Shown here piece by piece: positions 26,829 to 36,048 of a stretch of DNA of 64,000 bases. Numbering within the stretch: position 1 is the stretch's first letter; every line of letters begins with the position of its first letter. A program made the position numbers and the translations under genes. The notes below the pieces were generated by a model that made no database searches, was not told where the DNA came from, and saw only the letters and a list, made by a program, of their open reading frames with translations. The stretch covers positions 124,001 through 188,000 of IMG/VR virus record IMGVR_UViG_3300042540_001822; one strand, given 5' to 3'.

Positions 26829-27076
26829 ACTTTCACTAGTTTATATTTTTCACCTTCAAATTCTACTATCTTACCTTCACAGGGCTTGGGTCGTTTGTCT
26901 ATGATTCTACCAAATGAATTCTCCCTGTAGATTAGATTGCCTTGAGAATCGTATTCGCTCTTTTCCCAAACCCTATTTGAATCCTCCCAGTAGATTAGTT
27001 TACCATTATTGTCTTTGATTCTCAATTCATCATTGGTCCTGAAATCCCATTTGATTTGTTGTGCTACTGTTTTCAT
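26825..27076 (-). CDS. Beta-repeat family member, 83 aa, 1 unit
   Basis: Family motifs. Confidence 0.9.
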   Translation of the reverse strand: MKTVAQQIKWDFRTNDELRIKDNNGKLIYWEDSNRVWEKSEYDSQGNLIYRENSFGRIIDKRPKPCEGKIVEFEGEKYKLVKV

Positions 27077-27384
27077 ACTTTTACAAGTTTAAATTTTTCA
27101 CCACCGATTAGGATTTCTTTGTTTTCACAAGATTTGGGTCGTTTGTCTGCGATTACACCATTTGAATCCTCACAGTAGATTACATTACCTTGAGAATCGA
27201 ATTCATACTTTGCCCAAAGTCCTTTTGAATCCTCCATGTAGATTAGATTGTCTTGAGAATCGTATTCACGCTTTGCCCAAAATCCACTTGAAGTCTCAAA
27301 GTAGATTAGGGAATCATTCTTGTCTCGGATTTGCAAGACGCCATTGGTCTTGAAATCCCACTTGATTTGTTGTGCTATTGTCAT
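27073..27384 (-). CDS. Beta-repeat family member, 103 aa
   Basis: Family motifs. Confidence 0.9.
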   Translation of the reverse strand: MTIAQQIKWDFKTNGVLQIRDKNDSLIYFETSSGFWAKREYDSQDNLIYMEDSKGLWAKYEFDSQGNVIYCEDSNGVIADKRPKSCENKEILIGGEKFKLVKV

Positions 27385-27388
27385 ACTT

Positions 27389-28000
27389 TCATTTTTTATT
27401 TTGTAATTCTTCTAAATAATCCTGAAGATCTGATGAGGTCATATATGTTTTACTAAAATCAGGTTCAATTTTCTTAATTTGTTTAATTGTGTCTTCTTTT
27501 TTACCAAGTCTGTAATAATGAGCCTCAATAGCATCTGCTAAGTCTTGAATATATTTTGGTGCAGCAACCGAGATTCTTAAATCATACCAAGACCATTTTG
27601 TTTTATAGTCTGTGAATGTTATTCCTTTGGTTAGTTTTCTATGCAAATTATGTAGTGTTCTATTACGAACTCTTACAATTGATTTATCATTACCAAATAC
27701 CTGAAGAAATCTAAGAAACCAACGAGGACACCACCAAGGTTTTGCTTCATAATCCATGGCCAAAACTAATGGGACCATAGCTTTATTATAGTATTTGTCA
27801 TCAGGTACAGAACCTAAATAACCATACTTTTGGGAAAAGTTTTTGGGAAAGAATATGAAACAAATATCACTCCACTTTAAATCACGAGTATAAATTATTC
27901 CTTTCTTTCTTCCTTTCCAAAATAGTAGAGATTGTCCAAAGTCTTTGACTTTATCAATAAGCGGACGATTGTCCTTAATGTAAAATTTACTTTTTTTCAT
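27389..28000 (-). CDS. Hypothetical protein (KPWWCPRWFLRFL)
   Basis: ORF track. Confidence 0.8.
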   Translation of the reverse strand: MKKSKFYIKDNRPLIDKVKDFGQSLLFWKGRKKGIIYTRDLKWSDICFIFFPKNFSQKYGYLGSVPDDKYYNKAMVPLVLAMDYEAKPWWCPRWFLRFLQVFGNDKSIVRVRNRTLHNLHRKLTKGITFTDYKTKWSWYDLRISVAAPKYIQDLADAIEAHYYRLGKKEDTIKQIKKIEPDFSKTYMTSSDLQDYLEELQNKK

Positions 28001-28134
28001 TTTTTGTAATTTTATGAAAGCATATCTTCAATTAACATGTACATTCCATAAAGGAAAAAAACCAAGATGGCAAATAAAATTAAATTAGAGATGAATGAGA
28101 AAATTGGGTTTATTTTTTGGGTTGACATATAAAA

Positions 28135-28461
28135 TTAATTTGAATCCGGGGAAGAATTAGAAATGGGTAAAGAATCAGGTTCACAGTGATTTCTGGTACA
28201 AATCTGTTGAATTTTTTCTATTACAATAATTGTGTCTTTTGTAGGAAGTTCTTCTACAATTTCCACTGGGGAATCCATAACTTTTGGTGAGGAAATCTCC
28301 GTTTTCACTGATTTAATTTGTAAGTGGATTAACCTTTGAAGCGGTTCTAAAATTTGAAAAACCAATCCTAGAATTAAAACACAAGTGACTAAAGTCATAA
28401 GCAACCCGGCCCAAAAGGCAATTTGGAATCCATAATTTCTAGGCTTTTTGTTCGAGCTCAT
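28135..28461 (-). CDS. Single-pass membrane protein
   Basis: N-terminal hydrophobic helix. Confidence 0.7.
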   Translation of the reverse strand: MSSNKKPRNYGFQIAFWAGLLMTLVTCVLILGLVFQILEPLQRLIHLQIKSVKTEISSPKVMDSPVEIVEELPTKDTIIVIEKIQQICTRNHCEPDSLPISNSSPDSN

Positions 28462-28897
28462 CTAAAATTGTTTTGAGTGAGTGTTTTATGTTAGAGGTTA
28501 TTTCCATTTCAAATCCAAGTCTCCGTTCTTCCATTTCAACATTGTAAAAGTCAATGAGTCTTTTCCAACTTCGATGACTGAGAGAAACTGAGTAAGAATG
28601 GACGTTGTTGATAATTTGAACGTGTTGGTTCTGCATGATGACATAGATCTCAAGTCTTTGATTTTTAATGTACCTCTTGTCTGTTAGAGGGGTCATTAAA
28701 ATGACAGAGTCTTTCATTTTGACTAGTTTTTTGCACAAAACTACACAGTCTCCCTCATGGGGAAGAAGCTCTGACCTATTGGAATAATCTATGTCGAATT
28801 TTCGTACAATCCAAATGTAAATTTTTTGGATCTTTCTTCGCAAGGAGTGTGAATTGAAGGGTTTATTAGTTATCATTTGAATTGATTTACTACCCAA
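28439..28897 (-). CDS. Hypothetical protein
   Basis: ORF track. Confidence 0.75.
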   Translation of the reverse strand: MGSKSIQMITNKPFNSHSLRRKIQKIYIWIVRKFDIDYSNRSELLPHEGDCVVLCKKLVKMKDSVILMTPLTDKRYIKNQRLEIYVIMQNQHVQIINNVHSYSVSLSHRSWKRLIDFYNVEMEERRLGFEMEITSNIKHSLKTILDELEQKA

Positions 28898-28952
28898 AAT
28901 TACAAAAAGATTTCCACAAATAAAAATAAAAAGGGTAAAATATTTTGTGCTT

Positions 28953-29837
28953 TTATGCCTTTTTTAAATTGTCCAGGTCAAGGTTTCGGGCAAAAGCAAG
29001 TGCTTTTTGTGTTCCCTCCCTGGGAATACCCTTGTCAATATTTGTAGCTGGTCCAGCATTGGCATTAGATACCGCCTTTGTTGCATTTTCTAGGTTGCTA
29101 AAATCGTTGTGGTCTTTATTGCCGTATTTGCGTTTAATTGTGGGATTATTGAGCATATCTCTAAAATAAAGGGCAACCACATCTGCTGCAACCTTAGAAT
29201 CACGATCTAATATTTCTGGATCAGAAACCAAATTTACATTAGATCCAATTGACTTTAAAAGGTCCGTATATCTTTGATAGTTGGATTTGAATGTTAGCCC
29301 ATTGTATCCCCTACCTCTATACTTCCATCCATCTCCTGGTGAAGTGTTCCCGTACCCTTGTGATGTACCACTTGGATCATCTTTTCCATAAACACGATCC
29401 CAAAATTTAGAATCATCTTTTTTTAGAGCATCTAATTCCGAATCTGAAAGTTCTTTGACCCTGGATCCAAAGATTTCTCTAATTCTAGAATTCGGAGTGG
29501 TTTTATAGGACATCTCCGCTCTCTTGTGATTGAAAGAGCTTTCTTTTGAAATTACACCAAGAACTCCCGCTTGAACATATGGATTTGTAATGCCTGCCTT
29601 TTTCAGAGAATCGATAATTTCCCCCATCGCCTCCTTAACATTGACCGGGGAAGAATCCAATTTTATTTCTCCTGAAACGGGTGAAGTTGAATTTTTTCCA
29701 TCCAAACCTTTTTCTATTTCTGATGCTAAACTGCTTACACTTTGTGTAGAATACACCCCCATCGCTTCTTTTCTTTGATTAACAAGCCATTTTTTGAAAT
29801 CATCTACACCAGATGAATTTTCTTTATCTTCGTTCAT
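28953..29837 (-). CDS. Glycoside hydrolase family 19 lysozyme/chitinase-like, probable lysin
   Basis: AGVLGVISKESSF, YGN..PGDGWKYRGRGYNGLT..SNY. Confidence 0.85.
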   Translation of the reverse strand: MNEDKENSSGVDDFKKWLVNQRKEAMGVYSTQSVSSLASEIEKGLDGKNSTSPVSGEIKLDSSPVNVKEAMGEIIDSLKKAGITNPYVQAGVLGVISKESSFNHKRAEMSYKTTPNSRIREIFGSRVKELSDSELDALKKDDSKFWDRVYGKDDPSGTSQGYGNTSPGDGWKYRGRGYNGLTFKSNYQRYTDLLKSIGSNVNLVSDPEILDRDSKVAADVVALYFRDMLNNPTIKRKYGNKDHNDFSNLENATKAVSNANAGPATNIDKGIPREGTQKALAFARNLDLDNLKKA

Positions 29838-29850
29838 AATTTGGTTTTAT

Positions 29851-29859
29851 TTATATATC
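29851..29859 (-). promoter_or_regulatory. GATATATAA putative phage late-promoter element, overlapping T4-like TATAAATA
   Basis: Exact copies also at 36021-36029, 47590-47598, 56804-56812 (minus) and 50064-50072 (plus), each upstream of a gene start. Confidence 0.6.
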
Positions 29860-29861
29860 CC

Positions 29862-30689
29862 TCACCAATTTGGAATAGATTGGTAATAAGAATCTGAATC
29901 TATAAATTGAAAGAGGTTTGAATTTTCGGCAACTCTAATTTCCATGTTTCTTACTTTTTGTTTGTGGTCAGAGAAAGACAAAAATTCTCGAGAAATCATG
30001 GGCCAAATGGTGTAATTCTGGATAGGAACTTTTTCTGACGTTATGAAGTGGTCAAAGTCTGGGAATTCTTTAGATTTTTGAATATTTTGTTCCACTTTTG
30101 AAATGATCGTGTTTCTATAAACCACAAAGTTAATTGTTGAGGCGTACCCTATCGGTTTGGAAAGATTCTCTGTTAGAATTTGCATTTCTCCAAAAAAATA
30201 ATGGTTTCCAATTAGACAATCCCAATCATAAGGCAAATCGTTGAATGCCAATTTCAACTTAGATAAGGCACCAGGTACCAAATAAGCGTCGTCCTCCATA
30301 ACAACTATACATTCTTCTTCTGATAGTCCTTGTTTGAGACAAGAAAAATGTGATTCAAAAATTGCAGACTGTCTGTCTTCTTTCTCAATTGCAGAAAATC
30401 TTGAAACTTCAAAGTTATCGAATAAATCGAAATTTCTGGATTTAAATTCATCCCATCGATCTGATCTTCTATCTAAATTTATAACATAAGCTTTGGAAGG
30501 GAATTTACATGGATTCAATTTCCGTAATTCACCAGAATCTATGGATTTCTTAATTCTTGATAAATTTTCTTCCTTGTTACTTTTGGAGACAGCTCTAAAA
30601 TAACCATGGCCCCCAGATGAACGTAAAGGATCATTCATCGTCCCAAAGATCAAAGTCTTCTTGTTCTTCGTAGGGATTTGTTTCTTCAA
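29862..30689 (-). CDS. Glycosyltransferase family 25-like
   Basis: YVINLDRRSDRW, SH, VMEDDA. Confidence 0.8.
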   Translation of the reverse strand: MKKQIPTKNKKTLIFGTMNDPLRSSGGHGYFRAVSKSNKEENLSRIKKSIDSGELRKLNPCKFPSKAYVINLDRRSDRWDEFKSRNFDLFDNFEVSRFSAIEKEDRQSAIFESHFSCLKQGLSEEECIVVMEDDAYLVPGALSKLKLAFNDLPYDWDCLIGNHYFFGEMQILTENLSKPIGYASTINFVVYRNTIISKVEQNIQKSKEFPDFDHFITSEKVPIQNYTIWPMISREFLSFSDHKQKVRNMEIRVAENSNLFQFIDSDSYYQSIPNW

Positions 30690-31032
30690 AAATCAACTCC
30701 CATCCATCAGATTCTTTCTTCCAAACTTTTGAAGAATAGGGGAGATCTACAGTCCAGGAATAATTTGATCCTTGATCAAATTCAACAAAGATTGATTCTA
30801 GAGATGCAATTAAATTCGAGAATTCTTCGTCCCCTAAAATTTCAACTCCATCCTCCTCCAAGAAAATCTCCCAAACCCCAATTTTTCCCACCTCGACACT
30901 TGATGAGATTTTTTCCAAAAGAACTTTATTGTAATTTAATTTTAGAATTTCGGATTGAATGAATTCTAATTTAGTTTTGTCTGCTTTTTCAGATGAGATC
31001 AAGTCGATCTGAAAAGATCCATAGTCGGACAT
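30631..31032 (-). CDS. Hypothetical acidic protein
   Basis: ORF track. Confidence 0.7.
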   Translation of the reverse strand: MSDYGSFQIDLISSEKADKTKLEFIQSEILKLNYNKVLLEKISSSVEVGKIGVWEIFLEEDGVEILGDEEFSNLIASLESIFVEFDQGSNYSWTVDLPYSSKVWKKESDGWELIFEETNPYEEQEDFDLWDDE

Positions 31033-31051
31033 GTTTTTTATTTTTTTTATA

Positions 31052-31648
31052 TTATTTTCTCAGACACCAAACAAATTGGTTTTCATATAAGTTTACCTGG
31101 TTTGGTGTAAAAATGGGTAAACTCAGAAATTCATCTACAGCTTGAACAACGCTAGGCCATTTAGGATTATAGTCATGACCTGCTATAAATCCTCCAATTT
31201 TGATTTTTGGGAACCAAGAAGTTATGTCTTCTTTAACATTTTCATATGAATGTCCGGCATCTATGAACACAAAATCTAAAGATCGATCATCATAATCAAA
31301 AGAGGCCAGATTGGATTTTTTGCGGACCGGATTGATAATTTCTTGAACAGGACTTACGTTTTTTAAAAACTCTTCATAAAGCCAATTTGGATCTTCAAGA
31401 ATTTTAGGGTTGAACGCGTATGAATTTGGATCGATGTGTTCATCAGATCCATCCCATGTATCAACACAATCAAATCTTATTTTTTTCTTTGAATTTATAA
31501 TTTCAACTGCCATATAGGATGAACTTCTTCCCTTCCATGACCCAACTTCGACAAAATGAGATCCATCTACAAAATGTGAAACCATTTGAGAATAAAAATC
31601 CGGATATGTAAACCAGTTTTCTCCTAGATTTTGATAAAAATGATCCAT
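31052..31648 (-). CDS. Class I SAM-dependent methyltransferase (Methyltransf_24-like)
   Basis: FVEVGSWKGRS, VDTW, LDFVFIDAGHSYE.VKEDI..W, GHDY. Confidence 0.9.
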   Translation of the reverse strand: MDHFYQNLGENWFTYPDFYSQMVSHFVDGSHFVEVGSWKGRSSSYMAVEIINSKKKIRFDCVDTWDGSDEHIDPNSYAFNPKILEDPNWLYEEFLKNVSPVQEIINPVRKKSNLASFDYDDRSLDFVFIDAGHSYENVKEDITSWFPKIKIGGFIAGHDYNPKWPSVVQAVDEFLSLPIFTPNQVNLYENQFVWCLRK

Positions 31649-31650
31649 TG

Positions 31651-33186
31651 TTATACGTTGGCCATTAAGGTGACTTTCAAACCTTTTGAAGGATGAATAA
31701 GATAACCGTGTAATGCCCGTGTAGATCCTTCATATCCATGGTTGTGGTGCCATCGATCTGATCCAGAAAGACTAGGCATTTGAAATACCTTTACTCCCTT
31801 ATAATCTTTTACCATTTCGTGGTGGAGGTGTCCAGTAAAAAAGCTTCTGTGTTTAGTTCTGGCCCAAGCTTCTTGCGCTTCGTTGGCCATAAGATAAGGA
31901 AGTTCTTGGAGTTTGGTTCCGTCTCCGTGTGTGAAGCCCAGCAGATTCTCCCCGTACTCAAAATACTGTCTGAATTTGTGGCACCGAATAACATTCACGT
32001 CCGAGCAGTTCCGATAATATGCACCCAGATATTGTAAGAGCACGTGTGAAAGTTTGAAATCGTGATTACCTGCGGTCAGAAGAATTTCAACAGGAGCTAT
32101 CTGTCTTAGTGTGTCAATAAATTCAACCATGAGCTGCTGACCTTCCACCATAATTTGGATGAATGTTCCGTCACAATCTTGAGGAGTACCTTTGGTGGTA
32201 GTACCACCTAAAGTATCAACATGGAAAAAATCAGATCCTACTGGAACTACAATTTTTTCCACATTGTAATGAACCACATCAGCTAAAATTTCTGCAGTCT
32301 TTGTCATTAACAGATCTTTCGCCATTTGCCTGCTATATGCTTCTCTGACTTCCCCAGACCAAGAATATTTTCCGTAGTGAAGATCGAAGGGAGAAATTAC
32401 CAAAGAATGAGGATCTCCATCGGGCAATTTCAATTTGGGTACCTCATACTGGGCAAAAACCTGGGAAAGTTTTTCAACTAAAGGGTTAATGATCAGTCCT
32501 CTAAATGCCCACCAATTGCTGGCCGCTTCTTTAATCATTTTTTCCTCTTCCCTAGTATATTTTTGAAAGAAAGAAAATTTTCTTTTTTGTAAAGCATCCG
32601 CCACCATTTCCTCCTCTTCTCTCATGAACATTTCCTCGTCGGTGAAAGGCTCAGAATCGTGGGTCCATCCCAGAATTGTCTTCAAAGCGACAAAGATGTT
32701 TCGAGGGATTTCAAAATTGCGGCAAATTTCGTTGATTGTCTCGGGTGATCCTGTTAAAGCAGAATATCTGCTTTTCATATCACGGATGATTGTACCTGTA
32801 AATTTGTAAGCTTTATTTTTGATGTAGACTATGTATAGATCTTTGGTCTCGTCATAGTAATAATCCGTGCTGTGTTTGTACTTTTTAAAAGCAGATCTAG
32901 CAGCAGATTCTTCCTCCTGGATCATTTGGTCCAAATCTTCATCGGTCACCTCCTCAGTTTTAAATTTTTCCTGGATGTGTTCCGTCACTTCCGATTCAGA
33001 ATCAGGTTCGGCCAAACGGGAAGAAATTGCTCGACGAAACGAATCCAATTGGGAAGAGCCTAAAGTTATGTTCTTGTCCTCGACAATTTTTTTTGCAATC
33101 TCCGTTTTGCTGAGACCAGATTGGTGCAACTGTCTAATTTCTTCTTCATACTTTAAAACTAAATCTCTAAGGGAAAATGAACTCAT
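31651..33186 (-). CDS. Metallophosphoesterase with N-terminal HTH-like and acidic regions
   Basis: DLHYG, GSDFFH, GNHD, THGD, GHLHH. Confidence 0.85.
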   Translation of the reverse strand: MSSFSLRDLVLKYEEEIRQLHQSGLSKTEIAKKIVEDKNITLGSSQLDSFRRAISSRLAEPDSESEVTEHIQEKFKTEEVTDEDLDQMIQEEESAARSAFKKYKHSTDYYYDETKDLYIVYIKNKAYKFTGTIIRDMKSRYSALTGSPETINEICRNFEIPRNIFVALKTILGWTHDSEPFTDEEMFMREEEEMVADALQKRKFSFFQKYTREEEKMIKEAASNWWAFRGLIINPLVEKLSQVFAQYEVPKLKLPDGDPHSLVISPFDLHYGKYSWSGEVREAYSRQMAKDLLMTKTAEILADVVHYNVEKIVVPVGSDFFHVDTLGGTTTKGTPQDCDGTFIQIMVEGQQLMVEFIDTLRQIAPVEILLTAGNHDFKLSHVLLQYLGAYYRNCSDVNVIRCHKFRQYFEYGENLLGFTHGDGTKLQELPYLMANEAQEAWARTKHRSFFTGHLHHEMVKDYKGVKVFQMPSLSGSDRWHHNHGYEGSTRALHGYLIHPSKGLKVTLMANV

Positions 33187-33269
33187 ATTGGGTTTGAATT
33201 TTATACCGAAACGGATTTTGCTATATACTTTAGAAGTGTTGAAAAATTTCGAATTCTAAAAAATTAATT

Positions 33270-33530
33270 TTAAGATTCTAAATTTTTTTGTTCTACGGAT
33301 TTTACAATCGATTCGATAAGGAGGTCTTTTTCTAATTTCGAAAAGAAATCAGTTACGTATTTACATTTCTCATATTCTTCCGTCGATTCGTAATAAATCA
33401 ACAAGGAAGTTTTAATGACATCTCTTCTTTGTATAAGATGAGGATGCATTAATGCACGAGATCCCATTTTCTCCATTCTTTGGAGAGCGCTCTCATAAAT
33501 ATTCCGATCCAGTTTTGGTTCGTTTTGCAA
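33270..33530 (-). CDS. Small protein with EEYEKC (UVR-like) motif
   Basis: YYESTEEYEKCKYV. Confidence 0.75.
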   Translation of the reverse strand: MQNEPKLDRNIYESALQRMEKMGSRALMHPHLIQRRDVIKTSLLIYYESTEEYEKCKYVTDFFSKLEKDLLIESIVKSVEQKNLES

Positions 33531-33539
33531 TTTATTTTT

Positions 33540-33743
33540 TTATTTTGAGTTGTTTCTCGGATCTTTTTTTTTGGTTAAAATCCTGTATAATTCTTCACAC
33601 TTTTCATATTCTTCAAAAGATTCCAAAATTTTTAAACAAGATTCACTTTGTGTCCAAAGAGAACTTCTTTCTCCATATTTTACCAGCTCCGAGTAAATTT
33701 GAAGTGCCCAATTAAGATCTTCGATTGATTTGGGGTTAGACAT
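33540..33743 (-). CDS. Small protein with EEYEKC motif
   Basis: LESFEEYEKCEEL. Confidence 0.7.
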   Translation of the reverse strand: MSNPKSIEDLNWALQIYSELVKYGERSSLWTQSESCLKILESFEEYEKCEELYRILTKKKDPRNNSK

Positions 33744-33788
33744 AAGTGAATCTGTAAATTCACTTATATATTCATAACAACAGATAAA

Positions 33789-34052
33789 TCAGTTTAAAAA
33801 TTGAAAAGAATCAGCAGGTTTTTGGAATGGTAAACCAAATTCCCCAGGTGCGTTATATTCAACCTGTAGAAGAGATTCATTTTGTTTGTTTTTATATACG
33901 TTCAAAACCTTGACAGTTTTTTTTGTAGAAGATTCTCTCAGTATATCTCCTTTTTCTACTCTCATTCCATGTACGTATGTAGAGCTGGCTAATTTGTAGT
34001 CTTTAAGTTCCATTTTTTTAATTTTTGTATTTGTTTTTTTACTTCTGCACAA
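33789..34052 (-). CDS. Hypothetical protein (start probably MELKDY)
   Basis: ORF track. Confidence 0.7.
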   Translation of the reverse strand: MCRSKKTNTKIKKMELKDYKLASSTYVHGMRVEKGDILRESSTKKTVKVLNVYKNKQNESLLQVEYNAPGEFGLPFQKPADSFQFLN

Positions 34053-34297
34053 ATTTCATACCGTTCCAATTCTTCACACCAAAGAAGAAAATTTTTGAGA
34101 AAAAGATCAAAATTTTGTCTTTCGATGATAATGGAATACCCTTCTCCACCGACCTCTTGATCGTCTATTTGAAAAATGATTGTGTAATCCTGTTTTTTTG
34201 TGATGGCTTTTGAAACCTGTGCATAGATGATGGACCAGAATTTATCCTTCTCCTCGAAAGAAAGATCGTCACTGAACGAAAAATTTGAGTTTTTCAC
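33989..34297 (-). CDS. Small protein with ERYEIC motif
   Basis: WCEELERYEICAEVKK. Confidence 0.75.
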   Translation of the reverse strand: MKNSNFSFSDDLSFEEKDKFWSIIYAQVSKAITKKQDYTIIFQIDDQEVGGEGYSIIIERQNFDLFLKNFLLWCEELERYEICAEVKKQIQKLKKWNLKTTN

Positions 34298-34307
34298 TAT
34301 TCAAATT

Positions 34308-35369
34308 TTATTTCGGGAGAATTGAATTTATAACACCAGAAAGATAATTGGTGATTTTATAAGGATCTGCATTTGAACCTGGCCTCCTGTCTTCTAGATA
34401 TCCTTTCCATGTTTGAGAGGTAGACAATGGAATTCTAATAGAAGCACCTCTGTCGCTAACTCCCCAGCTGAATTTATCAATGCTTTGGGTCTCATGCTTG
34501 CCTGTCAATCTCATTCGATTGTCAGAGCCGTAAAGAGAAATGGCGGTTTCGTGAGTTTTACCCAATTCCTCACAAATTTGTTCGAAGTATTCTTTGCCTC
34601 CAGATTCTCTCATTTCGAAGGTTGAGAAATTGGTGTGCATGCCAGAGCCATTCCAGTCCTCATGCTCGCCCATGGGCTTTGGATGAAAATCAACTTTTAT
34701 TTTATATGACTCTGCAATTCGAACCAGAAGAAATCTTGAAATCCATAGGTCGTCTGCCGCTGCCTTTTCTCCTTGACCAAAAATTTGGTATTCCCATTGG
34801 CCTAACATTACTTCTGCATTAGTTCCAGTGATGTTGATTCCACAAGACAAACAAGCTTCTAGATGTTGTTCCGAAATTTCTCTTCCTGCAGAATATGGGT
34901 GTCCAATTGAACAATAATATTTACCTTGTTCTTCCGGTACACGGAAATTTTCGAATCCTACAGGAAGAGTTTTGTCTTTATTAAACCATCGAAGAACATA
35001 TTCTTGTTCGAAGCCGAACCAAGTGTTGAAATCCTCATCGTTTATTTTAGCTCTAAAATTCGAGGTGTGTGGGGAATAATCTGAATTTAAAACTTCACAT
35101 AACACAATGAATGAAAATCCACCTTTGAGAGGGTCCGCATACATTTTCACGGGTTTTAAAATACAATCTGAAAGTTTTCCATCCGCTTGTCTAGTAGAAC
35201 TACCGTCAAAATTCCATTCTGGTATTTTCGAAAAGTGATTTCTTGCCCAGTGCATCGGAGAAAATGAACTTTCCCCTTCAAAGGGAACATCCAACACTTT
35301 AATTTTCGATCTTAGATTCGGCTCTGGTTCATATCCATCCAACCAGACATATTCCAATTTTATTTTCAT
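34308..35369 (-). CDS. glnA: Glutamine synthetase, type II (GlnII-like)
   Basis: LEYVWLDG, WNFDGSST, GFEQEY, AEVMLGQWEYQ, DWNGSGMHTNFS, RLTGKHET, RGASIRIP, YLEDRRP. Confidence 0.95.
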   Translation of the reverse strand: MKIKLEYVWLDGYEPEPNLRSKIKVLDVPFEGESSFSPMHWARNHFSKIPEWNFDGSSTRQADGKLSDCILKPVKMYADPLKGGFSFIVLCEVLNSDYSPHTSNFRAKINDEDFNTWFGFEQEYVLRWFNKDKTLPVGFENFRVPEEQGKYYCSIGHPYSAGREISEQHLEACLSCGINITGTNAEVMLGQWEYQIFGQGEKAAADDLWISRFLLVRIAESYKIKVDFHPKPMGEHEDWNGSGMHTNFSTFEMRESGGKEYFEQICEELGKTHETAISLYGSDNRMRLTGKHETQSIDKFSWGVSDRGASIRIPLSTSQTWKGYLEDRRPGSNADPYKITNYLSGVINSILPK

Positions 35370-35437
35370 ATGGGAATTTTAATTTTGATGTTGTTTATAC
35401 ATCAAATTTTAAAAAAATTTCCAATACAGAAATGAAA

Positions 35438-35614
35438 TTATTTAGATTGAAATCCAGTAAATGTTTTCTTGAAATCTTCGAATCCCATCAACTTTCCTAC
35501 AGTTGAATGTTTCAAACCTAAGGAACCTTGCTTTGTTCCAAAAATCTTTTGGTCGTACCACTTAATGAAATTATCTGGCGTGGTGTATTTTGCTTGTGGG
35601 GTAACTGTTTTCAT
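35438..35614 (-). CDS. Small protein, 58 aa (MKTVTPQAKY...KLMGFEDFKK...)
   Basis: Manual translation; fills the gap between flanking genes. Confidence 0.6.
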   Translation of the reverse strand: MKTVTPQAKYTTPDNFIKWYDQKIFGTKQGSLGLKHSTVGKLMGFEDFKKTFTGFQSK

Positions 35615-35617
35615 AAT

Positions 35618-36013
35618 TTAGGGGGTTTCCGATAGGAAAAATATTTTTGCCAGAATTCCAACCAGGGATGTAAAGAAAATCCAAAGAGCCTTGTTGACTC
35701 CAGATTTCCACTTTACTAAATCAGAGTGTTCTAAAACCATCTTTTGGTAGGCAGCATCCTCTCTTTCTTGCTTTCTTTCGAATTCTGCACGAAATCTGGT
35801 ATTTTCGTTTACTTTTACGATAACACCATCGTCTGGATCTAACAATTTGCGTTTAATGTCTGATAACTCTCTTTTCATTTCGGCTTGAGAGTTTTTAAGA
35901 TCCTCCATAGCCATCTGAATAATTCTAAGATCGCTAGAAGGAATTCCTCTCATGTTAGAAAGTTCTTCGTGAAGAATTGCACGGATAGTTTCGGCGAGTG
36001 GGGTAGGTTCCAT
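35618..36013 (-). CDS. Coiled-coil protein with C-terminal TM (holin/XhlA-like architecture)
   Basis: Heptads plus ALWIFFTSLVGILAKIFF; GATATATAA upstream. Confidence 0.65.
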   Translation of the reverse strand: MEPTPLAETIRAILHEELSNMRGIPSSDLRIIQMAMEDLKNSQAEMKRELSDIKRKLLDPDDGVIVKVNENTRFRAEFERKQEREDAAYQKMVLEHSDLVKWKSGVNKALWIFFTSLVGILAKIFFLSETP

Positions 36014-36048
36014 GGTTGGATTATATATCCAACATAAACCTGAAATTT

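Larger units (their letters stand above)
25114..27384 (-). repeat. Tandem array 2: seven paralogous MTIAQQIKWDF beta-repeat genes
   Basis: Same architecture and ATGA junctions as array 1. Confidence 0.95.

Noticed and set aside
14476-27353. Recurrent overlapping ORFs in the arrays (MNS.SRL.YLEN...)
   Set aside because: They recur only because the sense repeats recur; alternate-frame shadows with no independent signals.
14387-27384. Classical diversity-generating retroelement behind the array variability
   Set aside because: No reverse transcriptase or invariant template repeat in the window, many adenines are fixed, and NNA variable codons do not fit A-to-N mutagenesis.
14387-27384. CRISPR array reading of the 63-bp periodic repeats
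   Set aside because: The repeats are degenerate, in-frame coding units without unique spacers, and there are no cas genes.
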